DNA of 61,611 nt, filler included. It is 6 parts of 6 records of this genome, joined end to end, with 100 filler letters (N's around TTAATTAATTAA, not from the genome) between each part and the next. Parts side by side here need not be neighbours in the genome. Positions count along the whole stretch, not along the records: positions 7,238 to 19,557 come from DRR723986_8576; positions 19,658 to 33,290 come from DRR723986_8582; 4 more parts are not named here. One strand, written 5' to 3'. A program made the translations under genes and the position numbers. Each line of letters starts with the position of its first letter. The stretch's first letter is position 1. Under the pieces are notes generated by a model. That model did no database searches and was not told the origin of the DNA. It saw nothing but the letters and a program-made list of their open reading frames with translations. Below are positions 11,227 to 21,790 of this stretch, one piece after another.

Positions 11227-11799
11227 TTAGTCCTTGGCGCGTTCCAGATAGGTGTTGTCTTCGGTGTTGACGATGATGCGCGTGCCAACGTCGATGTGCG
11301 GTGGCACCATCACGCGGACGCCATTGTCCAGGATGGCCGGCTTGTAGCTGCTCGACGCCGTCTGGCCTTTCACAACCGGTTCGGTTTCCGCGATTGTTGC
11401 CGTGATACGGGCCGGCAGGGTCGCGGAGACGGGAGAACCGTTGAAGATCTGCAGGTTGACTTCCATGTTTTCCTGCAGGAATGCGGCGTTGTCGCCCAGC
11501 ATCGTGCCGGAAACGTAGACTTGCTCAAACGTTTCCGGGTGCATGAACACGTAGTTGTCACCGTCCTGGTAGAGGTAGGTGTAGCCGATATCTTCGACGA
11601 AAGCCTTTTCCAGCTTGTCGGTCGTCTTGTAGGTGTTGACGATCTTGATGCCGTCCGAGATGCGGCGCATCTCGATCGTGGTGGTCGGTGTGCCCTTGCC
11701 AGGACGGAAGGATTCAGCCTTTAGGACGGAATAGAGCTGTCCGTCGGTATACTCGATGATGTTGCCCCGGCGGATGTTTGCTGCGATTTCGACGGCCAT
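11227..11799 (-). CDS. efp: Elongation factor P
   Basis: PGKG loop with the modifiable Lys; [17 protein letters not shown]; start MAVEIAAN. Confidence 0.95.
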   Translation of the reverse strand: MAVEIAANIRRGNIIEYTDGQLYSVLKAESFRPGKGTPTTTIEMRRISDGIKIVNTYKTTDKLEKAFVEDIGYTYLYQDGDNYVFMHPETFEQVYVSGTMLGDNAAFLQENMEVNLQIFNGSPVSATLPARITATIAETEPVVKGQTASSSYKPAILDNGVRVMVPPHIDVGTRIIVNTEDNTYLERAKD

Positions 11800-11948
11800 G
11801 ATGTGTTCCCGAATTGCCCGGACCCGTGCCGGTGCTATAGAGCGCGCCGTTTCAGCGCGCTTGATCGGGCTCCGCCATACCGGCACTTGCGTGTTTCGCC
11901 AAGCGCCGGTTCACATATTTTGACGCTTGCGGACATTGGGCAGGGCAG

Positions 11949-12974
11949 ATGACTGACGGGAAATGGTGGCATCCGGCGCGGCACAGGGACCGCCGCCCCT
12001 TCCTGTTGAAACGCGGGCAGGTGCGCCGCGCGCTGGCCGGCTGGTTCGCCCAGGAGGGCTTTCTGGAGGTCGAATGTGCAGCTTTGCAGGTTTCACCTGG
12101 GAATGAGACCCATCTCCACGCCTTTGAAACGGCTTTCAGGACCGACGATGGACGGGTCAGCCCGCTTTACCTGCACACGTCGCCAGAGTTTTCCTGCAAG
12201 AAACTCCTCGCAGCGGGCGAAGAGAAAATCGTCGATTTTTCAAGGGTGTTTCGGAACCGGGAGCAGGGGGCGCTGCACTCACCCGAGTTCACGATGATCG
12301 AGTGGTACCGTACGGGCGCGCGTCTGACAGACGTGATGTGGGATGTGGTCATGCTCTGCCGGACAGCCCTCGCGGCAACAGGGCACGAGGCGCTGACCTG
12401 GCGGGGGCGGACCTGCGATCCGGGCGTGACTCCGGAGTACCTTACGCTGACTGAAGCGTTCCAACGGTATGCTAAAACGGACTTAAACGGACTATTGGAT
12501 GACCGGTGCGGATTTCTGTGTGCTGCCCGCGACGCCGGTGTGGGGGTGTCGGATGACGCCTCATGGTCCGACATTTTCTCCGCCGTGCTGGTCACCCTGA
12601 TCGAGCCTGCGCTCGGCGACGAGCGCCTGACCGTGCTCCATCGCTATCCGATCTGCGAGGCGGCCCTGGCCCGTGCCTGCCCGGATGACCCGCGCTTCGC
12701 CGAGCGGTTCGAGCTCTATGCCTGCGGCGTGGAACTCGCGAACGGGTTCAATGAACTGACCAATGCTGAAGAACAGCGTGCGCGCTTCGAGGCGGACATG
12801 GATCTCAAGCAGGATCTTTATGGCGAGCGCTATCCGATAGACGAGGACTTCCTCGAGGCTCTGGACTGGATGTCGAATGCCTGCGGTGTGGCCCTCGGGT
12901 TCGACCGTCTCGTGATGCTCGCATCGGGTGCGCGCTCAATACAGGATGTCCAGTGGACGCCGGTGGAGACATGA
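11949..12974 (+). CDS. epmA: EF-P lysine aminoacylase (GenX/PoxA)
   Basis: LHTSPEF..KKLLA, FRNRE...HSPEFTMIEWY, ERFELY..GVELANGF, GVALGFDRL; LysRS catalytic domain without anticodon-binding domain. Confidence 0.93.
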   Translation: MTDGKWWHPARHRDRRPFLLKRGQVRRALAGWFAQEGFLEVECAALQVSPGNETHLHAFETAFRTDDGRVSPLYLHTSPEFSCKKLLAAGEEKIVDFSRVFRNREQGALHSPEFTMIEWYRTGARLTDVMWDVVMLCRTALAATGHEALTWRGRTCDPGVTPEYLTLTEAFQRYAKTDLNGLLDDRCGFLCAARDAGVGVSDDASWSDIFSAVLVTLIEPALGDERLTVLHRYPICEAALARACPDDPRFAERFELYACGVELANGFNELTNAEEQRARFEADMDLKQDLYGERYPIDEDFLEALDWMSNACGVALGFDRLVMLASGARSIQDVQWTPVET

Positions 12975-14008
12975 GCCGGCCGCTCAACACGCCTGAGGCA
13001 ATGAAAGACGCCGGGCTGCTCTCTGAAGAGGCGGCAGCCGCGCTGGCTCCCGTTGCGGACCGGTATGCGATTGCCGTGACGTCTTTTCTCGCTGACCGGA
13101 TCGACCGGTCCGATCCGAACGATCCGATTGCCCGCATGTTCGTCCCACGAAGGGAGGAACTCGTCCGCACGCCGGCAGAGCTGGCCGACCCGATTGGCGA
13201 TGCGGCGCATACACCGGTAGCCGGTATTGTGCACCGCTATCCGGACCGCGTGCTATTGAAGCCGGTCGCGGTGTGCCCGGTCTACTGCCGCTTCTGCTTC
13301 CGCCGTGAAATGGTGGGGCCGGGTGTTGGCGAGACGCTAAGCCCGTCTGAGTCGGGTGCCGCGCTCGACTATATCCGTACACAGCCAGGTGTGCGGGAAG
13401 TGATCCTGACGGGCGGAGACCCGTTCATGTTGTCCCCGGCGCGGGCGAAGGCTCTGACGCAGGCGATTGCTGCCATTCCTCACGTCGAGGTCATCCGCTG
13501 GCATACGCGCATGCCGGTTGCAGATCCGGCGCGCGTCACGCCCGAATTTATCGAGGCGCTCAAGGCAAGCAACAAGGCGGTTTATGTTTCGATCCACATC
13601 AATCATGTGAAAGAGTTGTCGCCCGAAACCAGGGCCGCCGCCGCGCGCCTTGCCGATTCAGGCTTCCCGCTCGTGTCCCAGTCCGTCCTGCTGCGCGGTG
13701 TGAATGATGATGTGGAGGCGCTGGCCGAGTTGATGCAGGCGCTCGTCGCTGCGCGTATTCGCCCTTATTATCTGCACCATCCGGACCTCGCGCCTGGCAC
13801 CGGGCATTTCCGGGTCAGCGTCGAGGACGGTCAGGCGCTGTATGCCGCCCTGAGAGACCGGGTGTCCGGGCTGGCCCTGCCGCACTATGTGATCGATATC
13901 CCGGGCGGGGTGTCCAAGGCCAATGCAGCGCCGTCCGATGTGGTGGAATCGGCTGAAGGCCGGGCTCTGCGCGGCCGGGACGGGAATCTTCATCCGTACA
14001 AAGGATAA
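12971..14008 (+). CDS. epmB: Lysine 2,3-aminomutase-like radical SAM protein (EF-P beta-lysylation)
   Basis: HRYPDRVLL, CPVYCRFCFRR, ILTGGDP; ATGA overlap with epmA. Confidence 0.9.
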   Translation: MSRPLNTPEAMKDAGLLSEEAAAALAPVADRYAIAVTSFLADRIDRSDPNDPIARMFVPRREELVRTPAELADPIGDAAHTPVAGIVHRYPDRVLLKPVAVCPVYCRFCFRREMVGPGVGETLSPSESGAALDYIRTQPGVREVILTGGDPFMLSPARAKALTQAIAAIPHVEVIRWHTRMPVADPARVTPEFIEALKASNKAVYVSIHINHVKELSPETRAAAARLADSGFPLVSQSVLLRGVNDDVEALAELMQALVAARIRPYYLHHPDLAPGTGHFRVSVEDGQALYAALRDRVSGLALPHYVIDIPGGVSKANAAPSDVVESAEGRALRGRDGNLHPYKG

Positions 14009-14017
14009 TGCATCTGG

Positions 14018-15157
14018 CTAGTCGAGCGTTCGCCGATAGCGCAACATCGCGATGGAGACCGCCACGGCGGTGAAGATGCACAAGGCGATGATCGGGTTCT
14101 GAAGCTGCGCCAGGCTGGTGTCTTTCAGCATGACACCCCGCACGATGCGCAGAAAATGTGTCAGCGGCAGGCCTTCCCCGATGACCTGGGCCCATTCCGG
14201 CATGCCGCGAAAAGGGAACATAAAGCCTGAGAGCAGGATCGACGGCAGGAAGAAAAAGAAGGTCAGCTGCATGGCCTGCATCTGCGTGCGGGCGATGGTC
14301 GAAAAGGTGAAGCCAAGCGCAAGGTTTGCCAGCACGAACACGGAGACACCAAGGAACAGGATCCACGGGTTGCCGATGAAGGGCACATCGAACAGCACAC
14401 GTGCCGCCAGCAGGATCAACCCGGTCTGCCCGGCACCGACCGCAACATAAGGCAATATCTTGCCCAGCATGACTTCGAAGGGTTTCACCGGCATGGCGAG
14501 CAGGTTTTCGATCGTGCCCTGTTCGGATTCGCGCGTCATCGCGATGGCGGTAATCATCACCAGCGTCATGGTCAGGATCACGCCGAGGAGGCCGGGCACG
14601 ATATTGTAGCTGGTCTTGGCTTCGGGATTGTACATCTGGTGCACAACCAGGTCGAATGGCGGCGGTCCGCCACTCAGACTGGCGAGCGGGCCTTTCAGGT
14701 CGTGCCGCAGCGCATCTGTCAGGATCCTCTGGGCGAATGCGACAGCGCCGGATGCGGCGGCAGGGTCGGTTGCGTCGGCTTCGATCAGGATTTGCGGGTG
14801 TTCGCCGCGCACCAGCTGCCGGGTGAAGCCCGCCGGGACAGAGACAACGAAGGCCACTTCGCCCCGGGCCAACAAGTCGCCGGTCTCGCGGGGGTCATCT
14901 GTTTGCATGACGAAGTCATAATAGTCCGACGTCCTGAGCGACTGAACCATCGTGCGCACAATTGGCGTCTGCTCCTCTACCAGCAACGCTGCGGGCAGGT
15001 GTTTTGGATTCATGTTGATCGCGTAGCCGAACAGGATCAGCTGTATGATCGGTATGCCGAACATGACGGCGAAGGTCAGGCGGTCGCACCGGATCTGGAC
15101 AGTCTCTTTCATGAACACGGCCCAGATGCGGCAGAAGGAGCGGAGCAGGCTGTTCAT
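14018..15157 (-). CDS. ABC-2 type transporter permease
   Basis: Multiple TM helices; RESEQGTIENLLAMP; LLSGFMFPF. Confidence 0.9.
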   Translation of the reverse strand: MNSLLRSFCRIWAVFMKETVQIRCDRLTFAVMFGIPIIQLILFGYAINMNPKHLPAALLVEEQTPIVRTMVQSLRTSDYYDFVMQTDDPRETGDLLARGEVAFVVSVPAGFTRQLVRGEHPQILIEADATDPAAASGAVAFAQRILTDALRHDLKGPLASLSGGPPPFDLVVHQMYNPEAKTSYNIVPGLLGVILTMTLVMITAIAMTRESEQGTIENLLAMPVKPFEVMLGKILPYVAVGAGQTGLILLAARVLFDVPFIGNPWILFLGVSVFVLANLALGFTFSTIARTQMQAMQLTFFFFLPSILLSGFMFPFRGMPEWAQVIGEGLPLTHFLRIVRGVMLKDTSLAQLQNPIIALCIFTAVAVSIAMLRYRRTLD

Positions 15158-16086
15158 GCGTGCACCCGCTTGTCTTGGCCGGCTTCGGCACTGAGTGCGA
15201 TGAAGGCGTCTTCCAGGCTGGTACGGACTTCGCTCCAGCTGACATCTGGTGCCTGATGCTTGTCCAGAGCGACCTGGATGGCGGCGCGGTCGTTCCCGCT
15301 GACATGAAGGGCAGATCCGAAATAGGCGACGTGTTCGACGCCAGGCTCATCCTTGATGTCATCCGCCAGGCGCCGGACCCCTTCGCCTTCACCGCGGAAG
15401 GTCAGTAAGCCCGACCGGTTGATCACGTCCGCTACCCTGCCTTCGACAATTTTTTCGCCATGGGCAAGATAGACGATCCGGTCACACCGTTCGGCTTCGT
15501 CCATATAGTGGGTGGAGACGAGCACCGTCATGCCCTGCAGGGAGAGATGGTGGATCTCGTCCCAGAAATCGCGCCGGGCCTGAGGATCGACCCCGGCGGT
15601 CGGCTCGTCCAGCAGCAGGAGTTTCGGATCGTGCATGGTTACGGCCGCGAGGGCGAGGCGCTGCTTCCAGCCCCCGGACAAGGCGCCGGACTGCTGGTGC
15701 TGGCGATGTGTCAGGCCGAGTGCCTCGAGTGTTTCGTCGACAGTCTGGTGGAGATGCGGCAGGTGGTAGAGTCGGGCGACGAATTCCAGGTTTTCCCGGA
15801 TGGTCATATCGGTCCAGAAGGAGAATTTCTGGGTCATGTATCCGGTCAACTCGCGGATCCGCGGGGCATCGCGTTGGATATCATAGCCGAGGCACTGGCC
15901 CGTCCCTTCGGTCACGCGCAGCAAGCCGCAGATCATCCGGATTGTCGTTGTCTTGCCGGAGCCGTTCGGACCGAGGAAGCCCCAGACTTCGCCGCGCGGC
16001 ATCTGGATGTCGACACCGGCCACGGCGGTCTTGCTGCCGAAGCGCTTGACCAGGCCATGAACGTCGATGGCGTAGTCACCGGACAT
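15154..16086 (-). CDS. ABC transporter ATP-binding protein
   Basis: GPNGSGKT, LSGGWKQR, LLLLDEPT. Confidence 0.95.
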   Translation of the reverse strand: MSGDYAIDVHGLVKRFGSKTAVAGVDIQMPRGEVWGFLGPNGSGKTTTIRMICGLLRVTEGTGQCLGYDIQRDAPRIRELTGYMTQKFSFWTDMTIRENLEFVARLYHLPHLHQTVDETLEALGLTHRQHQQSGALSGGWKQRLALAAVTMHDPKLLLLDEPTAGVDPQARRDFWDEIHHLSLQGMTVLVSTHYMDEAERCDRIVYLAHGEKIVEGRVADVINRSGLLTFRGEGEGVRRLADDIKDEPGVEHVAYFGSALHVSGNDRAAIQVALDKHQAPDVSWSEVRTSLEDAFIALSAEAGQDKRVHA

Positions 16087-17039
16087 TACCAGTTCACCTC
16101 CACCGGCAGGCCCGGATGCAGACCGATGCCTGCCGGAACTCTGGCCTCAACCATAAAGACCAGCTTCTCGCGGGAATGGCGCGCATAAATCACCGGCGGG
16201 GCAAATTCTGCTTCGTGGGCGATGAAGGTGATTTCCGCTTTCACCGGTGACGGCTTTCCATCAACTGTCACGGACACTGAATCCCCGACTTTCAGCTGGG
16301 AAAGATCCGTCTCCGGAACATAGAAGCGGGCTTTGAGACCATTGTCCGGCAGGATGGCGATAACCGGCGTTCCGGGATTGACGAACTCGCCCGTGCGGAA
16401 AAAGACTTCCTCAATCCGGCCGCTGACGGGCGCAACAGTGCGCCGTTCATTGAGCCGGTATTCCGCGGCTGCCTTGGCGGCTTCAGCGGATCGCGTTGCG
16501 GCCTGCGCGGCTTCGCGGGTTGCATCCCGTGCGGGCAGGGCAGCGACTTTCAGATCCTGCTCGGCGGCTTGGACAGCGGCTGTGGCGGCATCGAATTCTG
16601 CTTCGACTGTGTCGCGCTGGGATTTCGGGGCGAAGCCCTGTTCGACGAGGGGCAGGATGCGGTCGCGCTCGCTCGTGGCTTTCGCAAGGCGGGCGCGGGC
16701 AGAGGACAATTGCGCTTCAAGGCGTTTTATTTCCGGCGGGCGGGCCCCTGTGCTGAGGTCGTCCGCTTGCGCCATCGCCTGGCTCAGCCGGGAACTGGCC
16801 TCGGAAACTGCAGCCTCTTCCGCAGTGCTGTCGAGCCGGAACAGGAAGGCGCCGAGGGCGACGCGGTCTCCCTCTTTTACGGGCTGCTCGACAATGCGCC
16901 CGGCAGTCGGGGCGGCGACATATGTCCAGTCCGCTTCGATATAGCCGAGATGGACCGGTTCGTCATTGGGCGCGCAAGCGGCGAGCGAGATCAAGCAGGC
17001 GCCGGCAATGAGTGTGCGGAGTTCAGCAACATGTTTCAT
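16086..17039 (-). CDS. HlyD family membrane fusion protein
   Basis: Lipobox LAAC, lipoyl-like halves around a coiled coil, GLHPGLPVEV C-terminus. Confidence 0.9.
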   Translation of the reverse strand: MKHVAELRTLIAGACLISLAACAPNDEPVHLGYIEADWTYVAAPTAGRIVEQPVKEGDRVALGAFLFRLDSTAEEAAVSEASSRLSQAMAQADDLSTGARPPEIKRLEAQLSSARARLAKATSERDRILPLVEQGFAPKSQRDTVEAEFDAATAAVQAAEQDLKVAALPARDATREAAQAATRSAEAAKAAAEYRLNERRTVAPVSGRIEEVFFRTGEFVNPGTPVIAILPDNGLKARFYVPETDLSQLKVGDSVSVTVDGKPSPVKAEITFIAHEAEFAPPVIYARHSREKLVFMVEARVPAGIGLHPGLPVEVNW

Positions 17040-17662
17040 GACGTGGTCCCGATCTGAAGGGCTCTGAGCATGAATTGCTCATGGATTTCGAAAAGCTGGT
17101 CGAGATCGACTTCGGCTTCGGACTTCTGATTGAAGACACCCTGCCAGAGCGCGCTGAAGATCACGGGCGCCATGACCAGCCGCGCGGTGAGCTCAGGGTT
17201 CTCGATCCTTGCCTCGCCGGTTTCGTCAGCTCTGCGCAGAAGCGAGGTGATCATCGACAGGACACGGTCGACCAGTTCTTCCCGGTATCCTCTCACGGTA
17301 TCGGGGAACAGCTGGCTGTCTCCCACAAGAACTTTGAGCAGGCGTGGCAGTTCCGTTTTCCGGATCAGGTTCGGGGCGAACATGCGGATGCCGTGCAGGG
17401 CTTCCTTCAGGGACGCCGCTTCATGGGTTATCCGTTCGATGATTTCCAGATTGGGCGATGCGAGGGACTCCACGAGTCCGTGAAAGATCGACTCTTTTGA
17501 GTCGAAGTAGAGATAAACAGCCCCTTTGGACAATCTGGCGCGCCTGGCGATGTCATCGATCCGCGTGGCGGCGAACCCATTTTCGAAGAATTCATCCAGC
17601 GCAGCAGCGAGGAGGGCCTGACGCCGCTCGTCTTTCGCTTCATCCGTCCTGGCCCTGCGCAT
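17036..17662 (-). CDS. TetR/AcrR family regulator
   Basis: N-terminal HTH (IDDIARRARLSKGAVYLYFDSKE). Confidence 0.93.
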   Translation of the reverse strand: MRRARTDEAKDERRQALLAAALDEFFENGFAATRIDDIARRARLSKGAVYLYFDSKESIFHGLVESLASPNLEIIERITHEAASLKEALHGIRMFAPNLIRKTELPRLLKVLVGDSQLFPDTVRGYREELVDRVLSMITSLLRRADETGEARIENPELTARLVMAPVIFSALWQGVFNQKSEAEVDLDQLFEIHEQFMLRALQIGTTS

Positions 17663-17678
17663 GATCGCACCGATAATA

Positions 17679-17692
17679 ACTGACCGGTCAGT
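17679..17692. promoter_or_regulatory. Probable TetR operator
   Basis: Perfect 14-bp palindrome ACTGACCGGTCAGT, 16 nt upstream of the tetR start. Confidence 0.7.
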
Positions 17693-17891
17693 AAGTTAGT
17701 GTTGGTGGCTGTCTCTGTCAATGCTGTTACATATTTGTAATTGCCGGATATTCTTTGGCGAATGGGAGCCTGATTGCGCGGAGGTCGCGGCTTCAGAGAG
17801 AAGGTGCGGTCGTCTTGGAACCTTCACACATCTGACACGAAACTTTCGGCATGGGCTTCTATGGCTGCCGCCATGGAGCTGGGAAAGTCAT

Positions 17892-18245
17892 ATGCCGAGT
17901 GATGATCAATTCGTATATTCGCTGGAACTCAAGATCCTCGATCTCGAAAAACTGGTGAAGGATCTGGCAAAGCGGATTGAAGAGCTGGAGGCCAAACAGG
18001 TCTCTGCGGAGCAAATTGCGAAACCTGACATTCCCGACGAAGTTCTGCTGCAAATAGAACAGGGCGAAAACCCGGTTCGTGCCTTTCGGCAGTATCGATT
18101 AATGACCCAGAAAGAACTGAGCGAGCGGTGCGGTATTCGAGCTAATCACATTTCCGCCATGGAGCGTGGTATGCCGTTCGGCTTGAAGACGGCCAAACGC
18201 CTCGCTGAAGCGCTGGAAGTTCCTGTAGGATTGCTGACTCAATGA
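17892..18245 (+). CDS. XRE family HTH protein with N-terminal coiled coil
   Basis: GENPVRAFRQYRLMTQKELSERCGI..HISAMERG HTH_3 pattern. Confidence 0.8.
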   Translation: MPSDDQFVYSLELKILDLEKLVKDLAKRIEELEAKQVSAEQIAKPDIPDEVLLQIEQGENPVRAFRQYRLMTQKELSERCGIRANHISAMERGMPFGLKTAKRLAEALEVPVGLLTQ

Positions 18246-19123
18246 AACCTTTATCCACGTTGATCTTTGGTACCCTGATTGTGCTGTCCGCCTGCGGGCC
18301 GGATGAGGCGCCGGCCCCCGAAAATACGCAGGAGTCCGGTCCCGCTATCGTGGAGATTCAAGAGACGGAAGCGACTGAGAAACTCGATCTTCGATACAGT
18401 CTGACAGAGAGCCTCGACGGCACCATTCGTGTATTTGCTGCTGAAAAAGGCGATGAGACCTGGCTTTATGAAATGCGTCTGCAGAATGGCCGATGGACCT
18501 CGCCGGAGCGTATGGATGTGCCTGGTCGCATGCTGGTTCAGGGGCCGAGCTTCAGCCGGCAGGACGGCGCTCTCTACTTTGCCAGCGACGCCGAACTGGA
18601 AGTCCGTCCTGGCCGCAAGGACCTGAACATATGGCGGATGCCACTGCGTGATGGTGCGTGGGGTGAACCAGTTCCGCTCGAAGGGGATGTCAATACTGGC
18701 GCAAACGAGACCATGGCAGCAATTTCAAGCGATGGCTTGATGGTTTTTGTTTCCAATCACAGCCGTATGGGCGGCGGCGGCTATGACCTTGGAGAGGCGC
18801 GTCAGGACGACTCCGGCGCATGGGTATTCCAGCGGGCATTGGACGAGTTGAATGACGTGCGGGCCAATGATCACATATGTCTGACAGACGACGGTCAATA
18901 CCTCTTCTTCTATTCACATCGGCAGCCCAAGCTCGGCGTCGTAGATATCTGGATCAGCCAGCGCCAGGAAGACGATCAGTGGAGTGAGCCAATCAATCCG
19001 GGGCCGCCCATGAGTACTCCGATCGCGGATTTCGGAGCAGGCCTCTCAGGGGATGGCAAGACACTTTTCTTCTCCAGGGGGGGGCAATTGATGTGGATTC
19101 CGATTGACTCTGTGTTGCCCTGA
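18242..19123 (+). CDS. PD40/TolB-like beta-propeller lipoprotein
   Basis: Lipobox LSAC; repeated DG..LYF.S / DIW.. / W..P..L motifs. Confidence 0.75.
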   Translation: MKPLSTLIFGTLIVLSACGPDEAPAPENTQESGPAIVEIQETEATEKLDLRYSLTESLDGTIRVFAAEKGDETWLYEMRLQNGRWTSPERMDVPGRMLVQGPSFSRQDGALYFASDAELEVRPGRKDLNIWRMPLRDGAWGEPVPLEGDVNTGANETMAAISSDGLMVFVSNHSRMGGGGYDLGEARQDDSGAWVFQRALDELNDVRANDHICLTDDGQYLFFYSHRQPKLGVVDIWISQRQEDDQWSEPINPGPPMSTPIADFGAGLSGDGKTLFFSRGGQLMWIPIDSVLP

Positions 19124-19411
19124 CCGGCTGTCTTTGCGGCGTTCATAATTGTTCATAAATTTTTCAGTTTGTTGGTAACTTGAATAACGTGCAACCTTAG
19201 TTAGACTTAGTAAAAATGCATATTATTCAAATACTTGGATAGATTTCTTGTGCTATTTTGGCTTGTCACAAAACCTTGGCCAAACTGTTTCGATATCGTT
19301 AAGTTTTCAATCCATAAGCCTGCATTGTGCATGAGATTCCCAAGGGGATTTGAGGATCCATGCATATCGCACAGATCAAAGCACCCCGCTGGGGTGCGAG
19401 AGGGAAGGCTC

Positions 19412-19557
19412 ATGAAACTCCGCAAAACTTTAAAACTCGCGACAATGGCCAGTGTCGCCATTCTGACGCTCGCGGCGTGTTCCGACACGGATATCTCGTC
19501 GCCGGGCGCGCCGAGCACTCCTGTTAGTCCGCCGCCGCCGCCGCCGCCGCCGCCGCC
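19412..19557 (+). CDS. Lipoprotein N-terminus with polyproline tract, truncated
   Basis: MKLRKTLKLATMASVAILTLAAC lipobox followed by SPPPPPPPPP up to the contig end. Confidence 0.75.
19529..19557 (+). repeat. (CCG)n trinucleotide repeat encoding poly-Pro
   Basis: At least 9 CCG units running into the gap. Confidence 0.95.
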
Positions 19558-19657
19558 NNNNNNNNNNNNNNNNNNNNNNNNNNNNNNNNNNNNNNNNNNN
19601 NTTAATTAATTAANNNNNNNNNNNNNNNNNNNNNNNNNNNNNNNNNNNNNNNNNNNN
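19558..19657. other. Artificial contig spacer
   Basis: N-run with TTAATTAATTAA. Confidence 0.99.
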
Positions 19658-20540
19658 GGTCGCCCTTCATCAGGCCAAGCCAGTTGGTGTAGACGACGAC
19701 CTTGTCTTCCGCGTCGACGGCGGCAACGGAATCCTCGCAGTCCATGATAGTCGACATGGCCGACTCCAGGATCACGTCGGCGATGTGGGCGGCATCGGTC
19801 TTGCCGATCGGATGCTGCGCATCAATGTCGATTTCAAGGTGCAGACCGTTTCTGACCAGCAGGACCTTGTAGGGAGCCGCGTTGTCCCCGGAATAGCCGG
19901 CAAACTGCGAACCGTCGGCAAGGCTCGTGGAGCCCGTCTTGGTGGAAAGAACCAGAGCTTCGCCTTCAACGGCAAAACCGGTCACGTCGGACCAGCTTCC
20001 ATCAGCCAGCGGTGCGGCCTCATCCAGGACCTTGCGTGCATAGGCGATCACCTCGGCACCGCGTGCCGGATCAAATCCCTTGCCTGCCGGCAAAGAGCCC
20101 ATCGCATCGGTGCCGTAAAGTGCATCGTAAAGAGAGCCCCAGCGGGCGTTGGCGGCATTCAGCGCATAGCGCGCGTTCATCACCGGAACGACAAGCTGCG
20201 GGCCCGCGACAGAGCCGATTTCCGGATCGATATTGGCGGTACCAACGGCAAAGTCCGCACCTTCCGGCACCAGGTAACCGATTTCCGTCAGGAAGGTCTT
20301 GTAGCCGTCCATGTCCGGAGTACCGGGGTTGGCCTTGTGCCAGATATCGATCTTTTCCTGAAGGCTGTCGCGCTTCGCCAGCAGTGCCCGGTTCTTCGGT
20401 GCCAGATCGTGGATCAGGCTGGACAGGCTTTTCCAGAAATGGTCCTGATCGACGCCGGTATCCGGAAGGGCCTTTTCATTGACGAAGTCATAAAGAACCC
20501 TGGCAACTTGCAATCCATGGGCATCGACGCGGCCTGTCAT
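19658..20540 (-). CDS. glcB: Malate synthase G, 3'-truncated
   Basis: [46 protein letters not shown]. Confidence 0.95.
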
Positions 20541-20769
20541 CTGTCAGCTCCCCTAAACGAACTTGAATGTCTGATATTAGCCCGTGTTTTGGGGTCTTAA
20601 CACGCAATCGTCAATTGCCGGGTCGATTGGATGACTTTTTCCATTTTGGAAAAGATCCAGATCATTATCTCCAACAGTATAAGTCGGTATACAAAAAGAT
20701 AGCCCTTTGCGTCCGCCCGCCAATCCGTTACCGATGGGTTTCCACTCCATCTTCCACGCAACGGTTTTC

Positions 20770-21681
20770 ATGTTTTCGCTGGTTAAACGTGTAGGCGACC
20801 TGACCTACGGCAACGCCCTGTTGATGCTGGCCCTGACCACACTGTTCTGGGGCGGCAATACCGTCGCCGGTCGTCTGGCCGTGGGCGAAGTGTCTCCGAT
20901 GGTGGTGGTGTTCCTGCGTTGGGTGATCGTTGCCGGCATCCTGGTCCCGCTGCAATGGCGACACATACTTGCGGAGTGGCCCCTGATGCGGCCCTATTCG
21001 TTCCGCATGGTGCTGATGGCCGTCTTCGGGTTCATCGGGTTCAACACCCTTTTCTACATCGCTGCGACGGAAACCACGGCCGTCAACCTTGGCATTATCC
21101 AGGGATCCGTTCCGATTCTTGTTCTGATCGGTTCCATGATTGCCTTCGGCAGCAGGATCCGAGCCCTGCAGGTGATCGGCATTCTGCTGACGCTTGCCGG
21201 GGTGACGCTGATTGCCGCCCAGGGCAGCCTGGACGTACTGCTGGCGCTTGCCGTCAATCCGGGCGATGGCGTCATGCTGATCGCCTGTGTGCTCTATTCC
21301 GGCTATACGCTGGCCCTGCGTGACCGGCCCCAGGTCTCACCACTGGCCTTCTTTGCGGTTCTGTCCGCCATTGCGGCCATCACATCTCTGCCCGGACTTG
21401 CATACGACATCGCCGCCGGCACCGTTCAGTGGCCGTCACTCCAGGGCTGGCTCGTAGTCCTTTATATCGCGCTGTTTCCCTCCTGCCTCGCGCAGATCTT
21501 CTTCATGCGAGGTGTCGAACTGATCGGACCGGCGCGCGCGGGGGTCTTTATCAACCTCGTGCCGATCTTCGCCGCCATACTGGCGGTCTCCATCCTCGGA
21601 GAACCATTCAAATGGTACCACGGCACCGCTCTGGCGCTGGTGATCGGCGGTATCTGGCTGTCGGAGCGCAAGGCAGGTTAA
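20770..21681 (+). CDS. DMT/EamA family transporter
   Basis: About 10 TM helices; FWGGN; GPARAGVFINLVPIF. Confidence 0.9.
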   Translation: MFSLVKRVGDLTYGNALLMLALTTLFWGGNTVAGRLAVGEVSPMVVVFLRWVIVAGILVPLQWRHILAEWPLMRPYSFRMVLMAVFGFIGFNTLFYIAATETTAVNLGIIQGSVPILVLIGSMIAFGSRIRALQVIGILLTLAGVTLIAAQGSLDVLLALAVNPGDGVMLIACVLYSGYTLALRDRPQVSPLAFFAVLSAIAAITSLPGLAYDIAAGTVQWPSLQGWLVVLYIALFPSCLAQIFFMRGVELIGPARAGVFINLVPIFAAILAVSILGEPFKWYHGTALALVIGGIWLSERKAG

Positions 21682-21790
21682 GCGGAACGGCACAGTGCCG
21701 ACCCAGTTGCAACCGTGTCGAGGCCCATTATCCTTGCTGCCGTTTTGAGTTTTTTGGATACACCTTTTCTATCTGACCGGGATTTCAGGC

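Noticed and set aside
19141-19157. GTTCATAATTGTTCATA as a LexA box
   Set aside because: Spacer is 6 nt rather than the 7 nt required for the alphaproteobacterial GTTC-N7-GTTC box
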